A stretch of DNA of 64,000 bases from Leucoraja erinacea. Taxonomy: Eukaryota. This document shows, piece by piece, positions 40,801-53,505 of this stretch. Below the pieces are notes generated by a model. That model was not told the DNA's origin. It was given only the letters and a program-made list of their open reading frames with translations, and did no database searches. The stretch is taken from positions 104,656,001-104,720,000 of the forward strand of contig NC_073380.1 of assembly GCF_028641065.1 (NCBI RefSeq), given 5' to 3'. Both the position numbers and the translations under genes were made by a program. Positions within the stretch are counted from its first letter, which is position 1; every line of letters starts with the position of its first letter.

Positions 40801-42699
40801 CAGCCAGCAGCGGCAGCCGGCAGCGGCAGAAGCAGTGGCAGCGGCAGGAGCAGCAACGGCAGCCGGCAGCGGCAGGAGCAGCATCGGCACATCGATTCCC
40901 GGAGAGGGAAAACACCTGTGCCCGACTTCGCTCCCGCACCAGGGGAAAATTCATTTCTCGGCAGCAGCGCTAACGGCCAGCGCCGAGGCCAAGGACATTG
41001 CAGTGCAGTTGACTGGCTGCAATCGACCGCGAGGGACCAGTAATGTGAGTACCGGGGTCGGTCCCAGCGGGTTTTTTAGTTACAGAGATCGCTTCTTGGG
41101 CCTTTTGGCTAAGATCAACTATAGTAGCTGTTTATTATCAGTTTTAATATCTTATACGTCCCTTATCTAAGGACCATATAAGCAGGAGTGCCCAGAACTG
41201 AGGGCATTAGAGTGGGGTTGACCGGCTGCAACGACCGCAAGGGACCAGTACCGTCAGTACGGGGGTCGGTCCCAGCGGTCTGAGATAAAGGAGCAGCCAG
41301 GAGCGCTGAGAGCGTTGGAGCCGGGTTAAAGAAATGGAATAGATGGAATCAGCTGTGCCAGATGTCCTCCACACCGGCCATATCCACTCCACGGAAGGAA
41401 GGACAAAGCTGGAGAAGGAGGACCGTGGAACAGCGGGCAGCCAGCAGCAGCCAGCGGCACTTGGATCAACCGTAGTGGGATCAGCTGTGCCCGATGTCGG
41501 CCCCGCACCGGCCAGATCCATGCGGCCGAGCGGTAAGGCTAGACACAAATCAAACAAGGTAGTGGACTCAGAAGGGTCCGACTTTGCATAACCGCCGGCA
41601 ACCAGCGCCCGAGAGCGCTGGAGCGGGAAGAAGCGGTGTATGGAGCCTTGCCTCCAACGTGATAAACCCACAGCAGTACCTCTTTGAGGGCTGCACAATG
41701 CTTCTACCCCATCAGAGGGGAGCACTGTGGGTCAGTTCTGGGCTGACCTGCAAGAGGGGTCCGCAGAACAAAAGACAAGTGGGCAGCAGGTAAGCCCCAC
41801 ATGGGTACCCCGTGCGGGACCCTAGAGATCTCTAACTCTATAAAAAAGAGTAGGCAGGACCCTGATGGGCCAGAGCCTGGTAATACAGCGTCCCATGATC
41901 CTAACACAGCAGGGACTCTGCTGGACATGGTGGCTGATTACTTTAACCAAGTCAAACATGGGTAGACTTGGATCCAGGATGGCAATAGTATTACTATATG
42001 TCTGGCCACAAACGCCAACAAGAAATATTTACAGAGACTGGCCAGACATCTGCCACCTGGCAACGGTGAGGCATTACAGGTGCCCAGCGTAAACCAATGC
42101 ATTTGGCAGCATATGGGGACGAACATCAGGAACCAGGACCTCAAGATCCAGAAAACCTTAAAGGGATTGACGGAAGGGATCACAGCATACACCCGCACCC
42201 TGGACTAAACGGAGGTAACCAAAGACCATCAAGACGCACTAGATCTGTTTAGTAATATGCAATATGAGCTGAACTACATGTGGAAGGCTGCCATTCAGCC
42301 AGCACTGGGACCCCAAAAATGCTACCATTTGCAAACAAAGAACCGTGTGTGGACGAAGCCAAGACACTGGGGCTCATCAAGGCCAGCGCAAGGGCCTATT
42401 TTGGAGCACGATACCAGCCACATGCAAGGCCATAAAAAATGTGGCTCATACCAGTGGCAGTGCCAGAAATCAATATAACCCGCAGTATCCTTTTTGGGGT
42501 ATGGCCAGGGCGGCCACCCTGGAAGATGCGGAAGCCTCAACCTCACACACAACCCGAACAAGAGATATCAAACCAGAACCCTTTTTCAAAAAACCAAGGC
42601 AATAACACAACCACCGGTAACCATGGAGGTAGGTGGGTGTGGTTTTCTTCTGTTAAAAAAGGGACCCACGATGGTGGGGGAGGGGAGGTTGCATCAATG

Positions 42700-43330
42700 T
42701 ATAGTATATAATCACTACAGATTCATATAATCTCAGCAGTATTCAGGATTATCTGATAGAATTTTCTCATCCCAATAACCCCAGTACAACATACACCAGA
42801 ATGGCGTTTTGTCCTTACATAAACCAAACAATCTAAAGCCCACATGGTGCTACAAAAATTGTACACAAAAGGTGTGATTGAGCATACTTTTCATGGAACA
42901 TTAGAATTTGTATCAATCATATTTATTAAAATAAAATAGATGGGGGTTGCAGGATTATCATTGACTTTTCAACCCTAAACACATTCGTTCAAGATATTCA
43001 TTTTTAGATGGATACTCTTATTACTGATAAAGACTTGGTGTCAGCTGGGTTTTTTCTATATGGCAGGCATTGACTCAAAAGAGGGGGAACTTTGGCAATA
43101 TAGAGCTTACCAAAGGGGCAAACATCAGCCCCAATATTATTTACTAAAATTCTAAAACCAGCTTGGCATTGTTATGTAAACAAAGCCATAGGGTGATGTA
43201 TTTCCCCCGTTCGGCCCCATCAATGGGGTACTAGGGAAAATTCAACTACACTCGGCATCTGGAATTCTCAGAGTACCCGACTGGCCTACTAAATCATGGT
43301 ATTCGGTCATACAGGGGATGGTGTTAGAAC
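42700..43330 (+). pseudogene. DIRS RT relic fused by deletion to the methyltransferase-like C-terminal domain
   Basis: KGVIE, DGGCRIIIDFSTLNTFV, MAGIDSKE, WQYRALPKGQTSAPILFTKILKP, then VFPPF...KIQ...VPDWPTKSWY; YxDD and RNase H absent. Confidence 0.75.
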
Positions 43331-43449
43331 CATGTTCCCTAATGAACATAGCCAAATTTATTAATTCATCCAGTGACTGGGGGCAGTCATCCATGCCATA
43401 AGACTATGGATTTATTGATTTGTAGAGTCTAAAAGACCCACTACACGGC

Positions 43450-44320
43450 ATGGGGCTGTCAGACAGGACGATGAATCTCATCTCATCTGCACTAAGACTG
43501 TCAACACGGAAGCAGTACCTTGGACACATCAAGAAATGGGGCATATACTGCTTGGACAACAACCTCGACCAAAAGGCCAAGAACATTCTGGCCGTATTGG
43601 AATTTTAACAAGCCTCCATTATGATAATCGATGGAGCTACAGTGCCATCAATAGTGCCAGAAGTGCACTCTCCAATTACCTATCACAAGGAACGGAGCGG
43701 CACGCGGTGGGAACGCACCCCTGGTAAGAAAACCAGGTACTCCGAAATCTGGGACGTGGGTGTCGTTTCTCAACATGCTGAGGAGCTTGTAGCTCATAAC
43801 AGCATTGTCACTTCAGTAACGGACCAGGAAGATGGTTATGCTCATGGTGTTATTTACCGCACAACGAGTCCAGCCATTAAGCAAACTGAGCCTGGACTCC
43901 CTGATCATCTCACCCGAGAAACTGGTGTTTGTCATACAGGATTTAATAAAAGAAAACAGACCAGGTTCATCGGGTCAAGTGTTTGAATTTATGGTATACC
44001 CATATGACGAACGACTGTGTATAGCAAGACACATCCAACAATACATAGAATATACTAAGAGCATTCGAGGTCAGAGAATGGCGTTGTTTATCTCTTACAA
44101 GAAACCGCATGAAAGGGTCACGACCCAAACTATATCAAGGTGGCTCAAATATGTCCTAAAGATGGCAGGAATAGACACTAATGTTTTTAACTCTCATTCC
44201 ACCAGGGCTGCAGCAACATCCGCAGCAAAAATTCTACAGGTACCCACAGACCAAATCCTCAGAATGGCAGGATGGTCATCCAAAAGGGTTTTCCACAGGT
44301 TTTATAATAAACCAGTTATT
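43450..44320 (+). pseudogene. DIRS tyrosine recombinase (frameshifted)
   Basis: LRLSTRKQY...W, SYSAINSARSALS, AQR, LFISYKKPH, HSTRAAATS, AGWSS...FHRFY: catalytic R-HxxR-W-Y retained in ORF 43832-44458. Confidence 0.9.
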
Positions 44321-45794
44321 TTTTGGAGCCATCATTGTATTCAGAAAACATTTTACGTTCAACAATATAATTTGCCCGAAAGGTTACAGGGCTATGATTC
44401 TCAATTTTTAAAAAAGTTTTATATATTTTTTCGTTATACAACACAACTCTTTGTATAATTGTGTTTTAAAATTACTAATGATGCTCTCTCCCAATACCCA
44501 AGGCAATTGTGAAGCATGGACTCGTTCCACGGCATGAGGTCACAGAGCTTTGAAATCTTCACGAAGTCACTCACGTGACTCCGAAGTAAAATAGTAAGAT
44601 TAAACGAGAACTTACCAGTTTGAAGTTTGATCTGTATTTTATGAGGAGTTACGATGAGGGATTACGTGCCCTCCGCTCCCACCCTCTTATGATCATATCA
44701 AAAACTGGTATCTCTTTGATAATCTTACTATGTTAGATCATTATAGGTTCCTGTGACCTCACACCGCTGCTTTGAAGAATGACACGCATGTGTTGGAAGC
44801 GGGGTTCTTCACGTAATCCCTCATCGTAACTCCTCATAAAATACAGATCAAACTTCAAACTGGTAAGTTCTCGTTTAATCTTACTATTTTTGTTAAGTTT
44901 TTATAAGGAGGAACAATAGTTTACAATTCATCGAGAACAAAATCAATATCAATGTCCTGCGATTAAAATGTTAATTAATATCAATGTTCTTATGATTAGA
45001 ACAAAATTTAATGCATATGGAAAATAGTGGTGAAACAATACAGGAATTATATTTTGTGTATTATGTGTATGATTTTAGTGACAGACTTTAATTCCCTCTG
45101 CCTGTTGGAAACTAGATAATAGTGAAATTGAAGTGACAGATTAACTGATCCTCATGCAAGCTCCTGCCATTTTATCAACGGCTCACTATGAAGTGACCTT
45201 GGTACTTACCTGATTCGGGGAAACACCTGATGAGGCTGAAAATATGTTCATTAATACCTGATGATGCAGCAGAAGAAACCCATAAAAAGGTAAATGTTGA
45301 AGTAATTTCTGTTACAAGTTGCAAGAAGGAATAATTCCCAGCTCAACCTAGAACTTGTATATATGGCATTAACTTGATTTGCCTTAATTTAAGGTAATTG
45401 CTATTTAGCTCATTATTACATGAATATGGTGCAACATATTTAGACTGAATCGGTTGGCTTTTCTGCATCTGTTCTCATCAGCATACAACTTTTCATTCAG
45501 ATTCACAGCAACACTTCTAGGTTGGAACAACTTTAACAGCAAATTGGCTAGCCTTACAACTTGTCTCCTTTTGTAGCTTCGACGGACTGTATTTCATAAT
45601 CAAAAACAGATAGCATTGGAAACACTCAGCAGGTCAAAAAAGTGAAGCAGAATTAATGTATCAGGTCAGGCATTGTTCACCTTATCTTCCACTGGTTAGA
45701 TACTGGTGGTATGATATCTTAAAATAGAAAATAATGTCAGCTTTCTATATTAGTCTTTCAATAATAGTTTCCCCACTCCTCCAAGCACTAGCAC

Positions 45795-46361
45795 TAGCTA
45801 TGTTGCAAAGCCTACCTGAAGCGTGGCTGAGAATCTGTCCCAGCCCGTGTGCGCGATTTTGGCGCTGTTTAGAGGGGGTGGGTTTAAAACGCGATTTCTA
45901 CTAGGCTGTTGCAATCGAAAATGTTCAGCCTAGTAAATCATTAATGAAAAATCGCTGAAAGACCCCGTCGCAAAAGGTAATATTAGTTTTTATGGCCTTG
46001 TATAATAGTTATAGTAGTTTAAAAATCACTCTCTAAACCCGCGACCTCTCGCAGCCCCAGGGTTTTATAAAGCAAACAATTAAAGGTATGTACCTTATTT
46101 TTACATTATAAGGGGCTTCTTAAGAACCCTGTTATTAAAGTTTTCTATAGCGAGTAGTTCATTTTGGTCTCTTTATATCCCGCAGTATTTTTCTGGGCAT
46201 TTGAGGGCACAAATCCACTGCAGTGTGAACGTTCTAAACCAGCGCGTTCCACAGGATCCCACTAGAAAGCTGATTTAAAATGGACTTTAATTTACAGCAA
46301 TTGAACACTAAATTCCTTCCATTTGGCCTATAACACCGTACCTCGGTGACTGCCAATCACC

Positions 46362-46394
<33 letters not shown>

Positions 46395-47033
46395 ACACTT
46401 ATTATTATTTATTCAAATAATGTGCTATGTCGCTCTTCCAGGGAGATGCTAAATGCATTTTGTTGTCTCTGTACTCTACACTGACAATGACAATTAAAAT
46501 TGAATCTGAATCTGAATCTGAATCTGAATAAATTAATGTAAATGAGATTTTAAAATCATGTTTTATTGTGAATTATTTGTGAATATTATTTGGACACTTG
46601 GGCTATTTAAAAACGTTAATCAGTTATTAAGAAATGGATAGATGTTTAGATCTAGTAATTGAAGTTTGAAATTAGTTACACTTGGGTAACTAACTAATTA
46701 TATGCTTTAATTTCAGGTCATCCAAGTTAGATTATTTTATGTTTGTTTCAGAATGGTTCAATCTATGATAACTGAAATTTTCATTCAGTTCTCTTAATTT
46801 TTAAGAAGTTTATGGCCTTTTGACAGCACGCGATCACAGCCTTTATGTTATGTCCATAGAAAATCAATAGGGAACAAGATGCTAATTTCCGAGTATGAAA
46901 ATGGCCATAACTTTTTAAATACTTGAGATATGAAAGTGAATTAGGTGTCAAATTAAACTTATTTTTATGCTTTATCTGATGGGATAAATTACAGACTTGA
47001 TTTTTTAAATCTCAAAATTTTGTAACATTGCTA
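45795..47033 (+). mobile_element. Non-autonomous DNA transposon with TAG..CTA ends and 7-bp TSD (copy 1)
   Basis: TIR TAGCTATGTTGCAAA / TTTGTAACATTGCTA; TSD CTAGCAC (45788-45794 and 47034-47040); homologous to 55323-56544. Confidence 0.85.
46334..46527 (+). mobile_element. LINE 3' tail with (GAATCT)n nested in the DNA transposon
   Basis: Absent from copy 2; TSD ATAA; same tail at 17229-17325. Confidence 0.75.
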
Positions 47034-47834
47034 CTAGCACATGGAGACAACTATACTTTCAATTCTCCATGCCGATCACTGCAGGCTATATTGAAATAAT
47101 TGCTCTTGATGCTGTAAATTACCATACAATCTTGTCAATATTGCTACAAAACAGTAAATGCTGGAAACACTCAAAACAGGATCTAAAATATTAAACTTTT
47201 CTCTGCCCAAAGATTTCTGGAGGTTTGAGTGGAAAATAGAGAACATTAAACAAAATTATGGTTAGGGTGCACGTTGGGTGACATTGACTAAGAAGGTTAA
47301 GACATGATTTCATGCTGTACGAATGAATATAAATACCTGTACATCATCTTTAAAAAAACCTTTAAATCCCTGGCCTTAAACTGGAGAACTAGCATTTGGA
47401 ATAGTACTGAAATCCAAGCAGACAGAATGTACAGATGCACAGGGTAAACAGTAGGATTGCAATAATGTAGCTGTGAATTGGACAATTGTAATGGAATATT
47501 TTTAATTACATATAGAATACCCCATTTGGCAATTGCCTGCAGCAGGTGCCTATAGATCTCTTTGGGGGCAGTGCAAGAGATTATTGAATGTGTAGAGAAA
47601 ACAAAGAGCATACTTGGATGTATTATAAATCATGGAGATGTGAATCCATGATTAGTTCATGCCATCTGTTAATTCCCCATTGTTAAATAATCTGGATTTG
47701 GAAGGTCGAAGTTCAAGGTCCACCGTGTCCTGGACTCCAGCAACTTGTCCGGAAGAACTGCAGAACCCCTGCCCTCAGAGTCTCGCTGAAAGGCCTGACT
47801 GCTAGATACCTGTGGACACTGGTCACTCCAATGT

Positions 47835-47960
47835 CCTACAGGTTTGTAGGTCAATTGGCTTGGCGTATGTGTAAACTGCCCCTGGTGTGTGTAGGAAGTG
47901 CGTGGACTCAGTGGGTCTAAGGGCTTGTTTCCGCCCTATATCTCAAAACTAAACTAAACT
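47835..47960 (+). mobile_element. HE1-like SINE 3' fragment
   Basis: caggtttgtaggtcaattggc...gggcttgtttcc...aaactaaactaaac, as at 16720-16860. Confidence 0.6.
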
Positions 47961-50939
47961 ATGACCCAAGCTTTACCAGCTATCAAAACTTCAGTGTGTT
48001 TTAAAGATGTGCAAATTTAGATTTTTTATTCATTTTTAAATAATACGATTAGCTCAAACTTTTAAACACAGAAGTAGTTAAATGAAACAAAATCTATTAT
48101 TTTTAATGGAATGTACTATACCTCTAGCATTCTTATTTGTGACCCTATTGTCCCCATTGACATCCTGCAATAGATCTAAATTCATGGGGGAACGTCATCC
48201 ATTCCTTTAATTCTCAGCAGAATTGAAATCTCTGACTTCTTGAGGTACGCAGCCTGGATAGATAGACAGCTAAGTAAGTTCTGAATCTGACTTCACACGT
48301 GTAAACTTTCTGGATTTGCCTTGGGTTAAATGGGTAAATGTCAGCAATTCCACTCACATCATCAACACCAGCAAAACCTGGGCCTCTATATATCTAAATG
48401 TGTCTATTGTGTAATTTCCAATCATTTTATCCATTGTCCAAGACCTTCTCTCTTGCTGCCTTTTCTCTTGTTCCTCAAGCTCTTGCTCATCAACTTCTCA
48501 ATTTTCTGTAAATCACCATGCCAACATTAAGTTCTGCATTTATCCCTCTTAATTGTCTGGGCCTGGTGAATTTGATTCTGTCCGTGTGATAACAAGAAAT
48601 AGCTGTGAGCCTTGGATTCAGCAAAGGCTATGGGACCAGAAGAATGTCAGGCTGTAGAACTGAAATCCTATGCTCCACATCGTCAGAACTTTCGCCAAAC
48701 CTTCTCTCTGTAGTTGCAGTGCTGGCAGCGACTTAACAATGTGGAGGCCTTCGCATATATGCCCTGATCACCAAAAGAAGAACAAATCCAATGATCACAC
48801 AATTCGTGTAGTCTCAGTCATTCAGTAAATTGCCAGCTTCATGCCATCAAGCAGTACTTATTTGCAACTACTTACCAACAACCTGCTTATCAATGCCAAG
48901 CTTCTGTTTGCTCAGACCTTATCACAGCCTTGATCCATATATGGATCAAATAACTGAATTCCAGAGATTAAGTTAAAGTGACTGTTGTTAACATTAAAGT
49001 AGCATTTGGCTGAGTGTGGCACAAAGGAATTGTGATGAAGCTGAAGTCAATGGGTTTCAAATCAATCGTTGGGGGTCATACCTCACAGAAAAGAAGGTGA
49101 TTGTGGTTGTGGGAGAGCAAGTGTTGCAACATCAACATCCTGGAAGTGGGGGAGAGGTGTTTGGTTGTCAATGACTGGAAGGACTATACATGATTACAAT
49201 CGAGCCATCCACAGTGCACAGATACATGATAAAGGGAATTCCCTTTAGCTCAAGATGAAGTTCAGTAAAATCAAATTAAAGATAGTCCGAGGGTCTCTAA
49301 TGATCTCCCATGATCCAATGAGGTTATTTGGGTGAGTAAGTTATTTTGTAATGGCTTGTTGGATTAACTTTATTTTTGTACCCCGCATTGTGAATTACCA
49401 CATAAGTGGACCCTGCATTTACATATCAAACTAAGCAAAGTCTGATTGTCTTAAAGTTGTCTCTCATCTGGTATTTTTCACAGAAAATCGATTCAGCTTG
49501 TTCCATGGCTTCTGGAATGTTTAGATCATTATTCTTTGAGCAACATTGGGTTCTCATTACACAGGTAACACATGAGCACTGAGGATGAGAGCATCAATGG
49601 AATCAGTGATATAAAGGGATATTTTACCTTTCTATATAGAGATAAAATGCTGACCTTGCTGCTGTATGAAGAACAGTGAAGAACAGTGCAAATCCCATTC
49701 CTCCCCGCTACTGCACCTTGATGTGCCAGGAACCTGCTGAGAATATTTGACATTTTTGTTGCTGTGCATTGCTAGGCTAAGAAACTGGCAGGAACTCCTT
49801 GTTCGCCTAATGCTGCATGTTGTTGCTCCAGAAACATAATGCTGTCAAATGTTGCTGCTTAGTTTTGGGATGCAAGGCTCCATGTTGTACCATAGTCAAC
49901 ATGTCACGTGGGATCCACTGATTGGGACTGGCTGCAGTTGTTCAATGTACCCCCCCCTCACCAATTGTATATTCCAATTTTATGGAACAGTGACTCTATG
50001 AAGGCTTAATGGGAAATCAAATATTGTGACAGTACCCTTAACTATTCTTTATTTCTGTTCTTCAAAAATTAAATATTTTTGGTCAATCATGTCTTTCATT
50101 TTGGGGATTTTTTATTACATTTTTCAGTTTCTGGACATTTTTCGTGTAATGTTGAGTACGGATTCAATGAATATTTGAATTAATATTGTTAAACAAATTA
50201 GTCTTTATTAACCATCACAAAAATCTATTCACAAATGCCAATGTCGACCACTAAACCTTTCAAACCAATCTTTATCTGGGTCACTAATCCTTCTTCCCTA
50301 ATGTCTTTTAACAGCAGCATTTGCCATGCACCTGGTCCAGGTACTAATCTTCAGTTAAATTAGTTTATCAATTGTCCTTCATCTTTGAACCTTATGTATT
50401 TACATATTTCTTTATCTCTTCTTCTGGGCTTGTGTCCTTCATTTGTATTATGTTAATTAATACAATAGTAATGATTTTGTCCTCCGTTTCCTCAATGGTT
50501 CAATGTTCGTTATTATTGTGAACGAAGGCTCAGTGAAATTCTTTTTGTGCATACTCATAAAATAAGATTATTGCCATTCATAAGCACAATCCCCAATTAA
50601 GAATACAATGCATAGAAACAAACCATTGGGTCCATGTGCAAGAGTCGGCAGGTTTTGGCGCCATTTACAAAGTCCCAGCTGCAGCTCGGCACAAAGGCCT
50701 ATTGGTGGGGTGACATCTAGGTGACTCCATTGAGGATGAAGGGAGATTAATGAGTTTGAATAGAAGTATCTCATTCAAGGTGAAGCAACTGATGTGACTC
50801 CTGCAATTGTTGCTTCACTGCTTCGATTCCTTGCAGGAATCACAGTGGTCATCGACCCACTGAAAGGACGATGTGGTGTCATGTGCACCCAAGCCCGCAG
50901 CCACTGACTTTCCTTCTATTTTCTACTACACTGGGCCTC

Positions 50940-51365
50940 TTTTGACAACACTGGGCCTCTACTCACTGGAGTTTAGAAGGTTGAAGGGGGACCTCATTGA
51001 AACTTACAGAATAATGAAAGGCATAGCTAGTGTGGATGTGGAAAGGATGTTTCCACTTATGGGGGAGTCTAGGACCAGAGGCCATAGCCTCAGAATTAAA
51101 GGGTGCTCCTTTAGAAAGGAGGCGAGGTGAAACGTCTTTAGTCAGAGGGTAGTTAATCTGTGGAACTCATTGCCACAGAGTGCTTTGGAGGCTGAAAGTC
51201 CGTGGATATTTTTAAGGCAAAGATAGACAATTCCTTGAGTAGAATGGGTGTCAAGGGTTATGGATAGAAAGCAGGAACATGGGATTATGAAGCAGACATC
51301 AGCCATGATTGAATGGAGGAGTAGAGTAGATGGGCCGAATGGCCTAATTCTACTCCTATAGCTTG
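50940..51365 (+). mobile_element. CR1 LINE 3' end
   Basis: LGLYSLEFRRLKGDLIETYRIMKG...RTRGHSLRIKG. Confidence 0.9.
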
Positions 51366-52967
51366 TGACTGTGGTGGTTGTACTACAGAGGTGGTGGTCC
51401 AAATCATTTATAAGTGTATTACAAGCCCATCATGCACTAACCCTGAATGAAATTTCTGTGTACCTGTGGAGCTTCTTTTATTTACTTTCCTTGCTAATTT
51501 ACTTTTGCAGTTTATCTTCCTAATTTTGTTGTCCTCTTTTCTCTCTGTGAATTTTCTACTCGGTACTCATATTATGTTCTCATGTGCTTTTGTTTCAGTT
51601 TAATCCTCATCTGTGGCTTGTCATTTCTAAAGCTGTTTTTTCCATGTTTTATATAGTGATATTGATCACCATTTAAAATCCTCCAACCATCATAATGTTT
51701 CCATGATTCCAACCCCCCTCCAGCATATTGTTAGCAGTTTCATTCTCTTCAGTTTGACATTTAACATTTTTAATTTTATTACTTGGTCCTTTGTTCACAT
51801 ATTCAACCTTTATTTATGTTTTTTTTAAAACTTTACTCCTCTTTGCTGTTCCGATATGTTTCACATTATTAGACACTGCTGTGCAACCTCGCCTGATTTA
51901 TGTACTGGAGTTTCACACAGTGTCTACCACAAAATGGGTCTGTGCATTTCTGACGAAATGTAGGGGAAAAAACGTTGCAATTGGACAAACTATTAAGTGA
52001 CAGATATCACAGAAGCTTCACAGAAATTAACATGAAGAAAAACATTAATAAACAAAATGATGATCAATTCCACCGACATGTTTACCCATTTGTAAATGAT
52101 CTACTATTTTTATATCAGAAAACATATTTAATCAGCACACTACTCAGTTATTGGAAACATATATTTTCAAAACGTGTATAAAAATGAAGGAAAAGTATTT
52201 TCGAAAACATCTATAAAGAGCAACTTTTATTAATTAACTTTTGTGGTTAATTATTTTCATTGCTCACTGACTAATTAGTGATTGTTGTTATTAAATTATG
52301 ACTTGTTGCAGATATTTCAAATGTAAAGGTTTCTGAAATGAAACAAGCTCTCTTATTGTATTACTTACAGATTTTATATGGTTTTGGTTCATTGCAAATC
52401 TCAAGATACATGGAGTTCAATTATACTCAGGTACAATGCTGAGTACACCATCATGATCGCTGATGACAGAACTAAATAGGTCATAGTTACAGTGTTGTAT
52501 GGTTGAAACAGGATGAGTGAACTGCTTGCCTCAGTTGGAAATCTGTTGCAGCTCGTGGAATTAAAAGCCAGCGCACCATCTGCCAGTGTAGCACTATGGT
52601 ATCTAGCAATAGCCCGTCTTGGAAAAGGGTTTGCCATTATTAGAAGCAGGGTCCTTTAAAAGTTGTGGCGACCGATACATTTGTATTAAGAACTCAAGTC
52701 AGTCAGAACCTTGATTACCAGCTGTAACAAGTCAAATTTGAAACCAATTGATATGACAGTTGCAGAAAACATTGAAAATATATTGAATCTGCCTTTTCTT
52801 TCGATTATTCAGGATGATGTTTAAATTATGCCAGTTTATAACACAATTCATTGCATACTGTCAAGTGTTATAGTGTGAGTCTACCAGAAGAAGGTGAATC
52901 TATTTTTTTAATGTTTAGGGTTAGGTTTAGATTCATTATTGTTATGTGCAGTGAAAAGCTTTGTTTT

Positions 52968-53505
52968 AGAAACATAGAAACATAGAAATTAGGTGCAGGA
53001 GTAGGCCATTCGGCCCTTCGAGCCTGCACCGCCATTCAATATGATCATGTCTGATCATCCAACTCAGTATCCTGTACCTGCCTTCTCTCCATACCCCCTG
53101 ATTCCTTTAGCCACAAGGGCCGGCCACATGTAACTCCCTCTTAAATATAGCCAATGAACTAGCCTCAACTACCTTCTGCGGGAGAGAATTCCAGAGATTC
53201 ACCACTCTCTGTGTGAAAAAAGTTTTCCTCATCTCGGTCATAAAAGATTTCCCCTTTATCCTTAAACTGTGACCCCTTGATCTGGACTTCCCCAACATCG
53301 GGAACAATCTTCCTGCATCTAGCCTGTCCAACCCCTTAAGAATTTTGTACGTTTCTATAAGATCCCCCCTCAATCTTCTAAATTCTAGCAAATACAAACC
53401 GAGTCTATCCAGTCTTTCTTCATATGAAAGTCCTGACATCCCAGGAATCAGTCTGGTGAACCTTCTCTGTACTCCCTCTATGGCAAGAATGTCTTTCCTC
53501 AGATT
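52968..53505 (-). mobile_element. Young CR1 LINE 3' end
   Basis: GLSYEERLDRLGLYLLEFRRLRGDLIETYKIL...FFTQRVVNLWNSLP; (CATAGAAA)n on + strand. Confidence 0.92.

Larger units (their letters stand above)
31854..43585 (+). repeat. Tandem segmental duplication, units ~31854-37828 and ~37829-43585
   Basis: Near-identical text throughout (e.g. identical ORFs at 33263 and 39247); junction ccaagaac|acaatagtgtc; unit 2 lacks ~200 bp (33826-34027). Confidence 0.95.
39967..44889 (+). mobile_element. DIRS1-type tyrosine-recombinase retrotransposon with left ITR, ICR and right ITR
   Basis: ICR 44556-44668 is the reverse complement of the left end joined to the reverse complement of the right end (44810-44889); right ITR 44779-44813; gag-like, RT, methyltransferase-like and YR relics in order. 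Confidence 0.93.

Noticed and set aside
40178-41170. 330-aa ORF and overlapping Ala/Gln/Cys-rich ORFs in the DIRS leader
   Set aside because: GC-rich repeats suppress stops; the frame is not conserved in the duplicate copy (34233-35328); no domain motifs.
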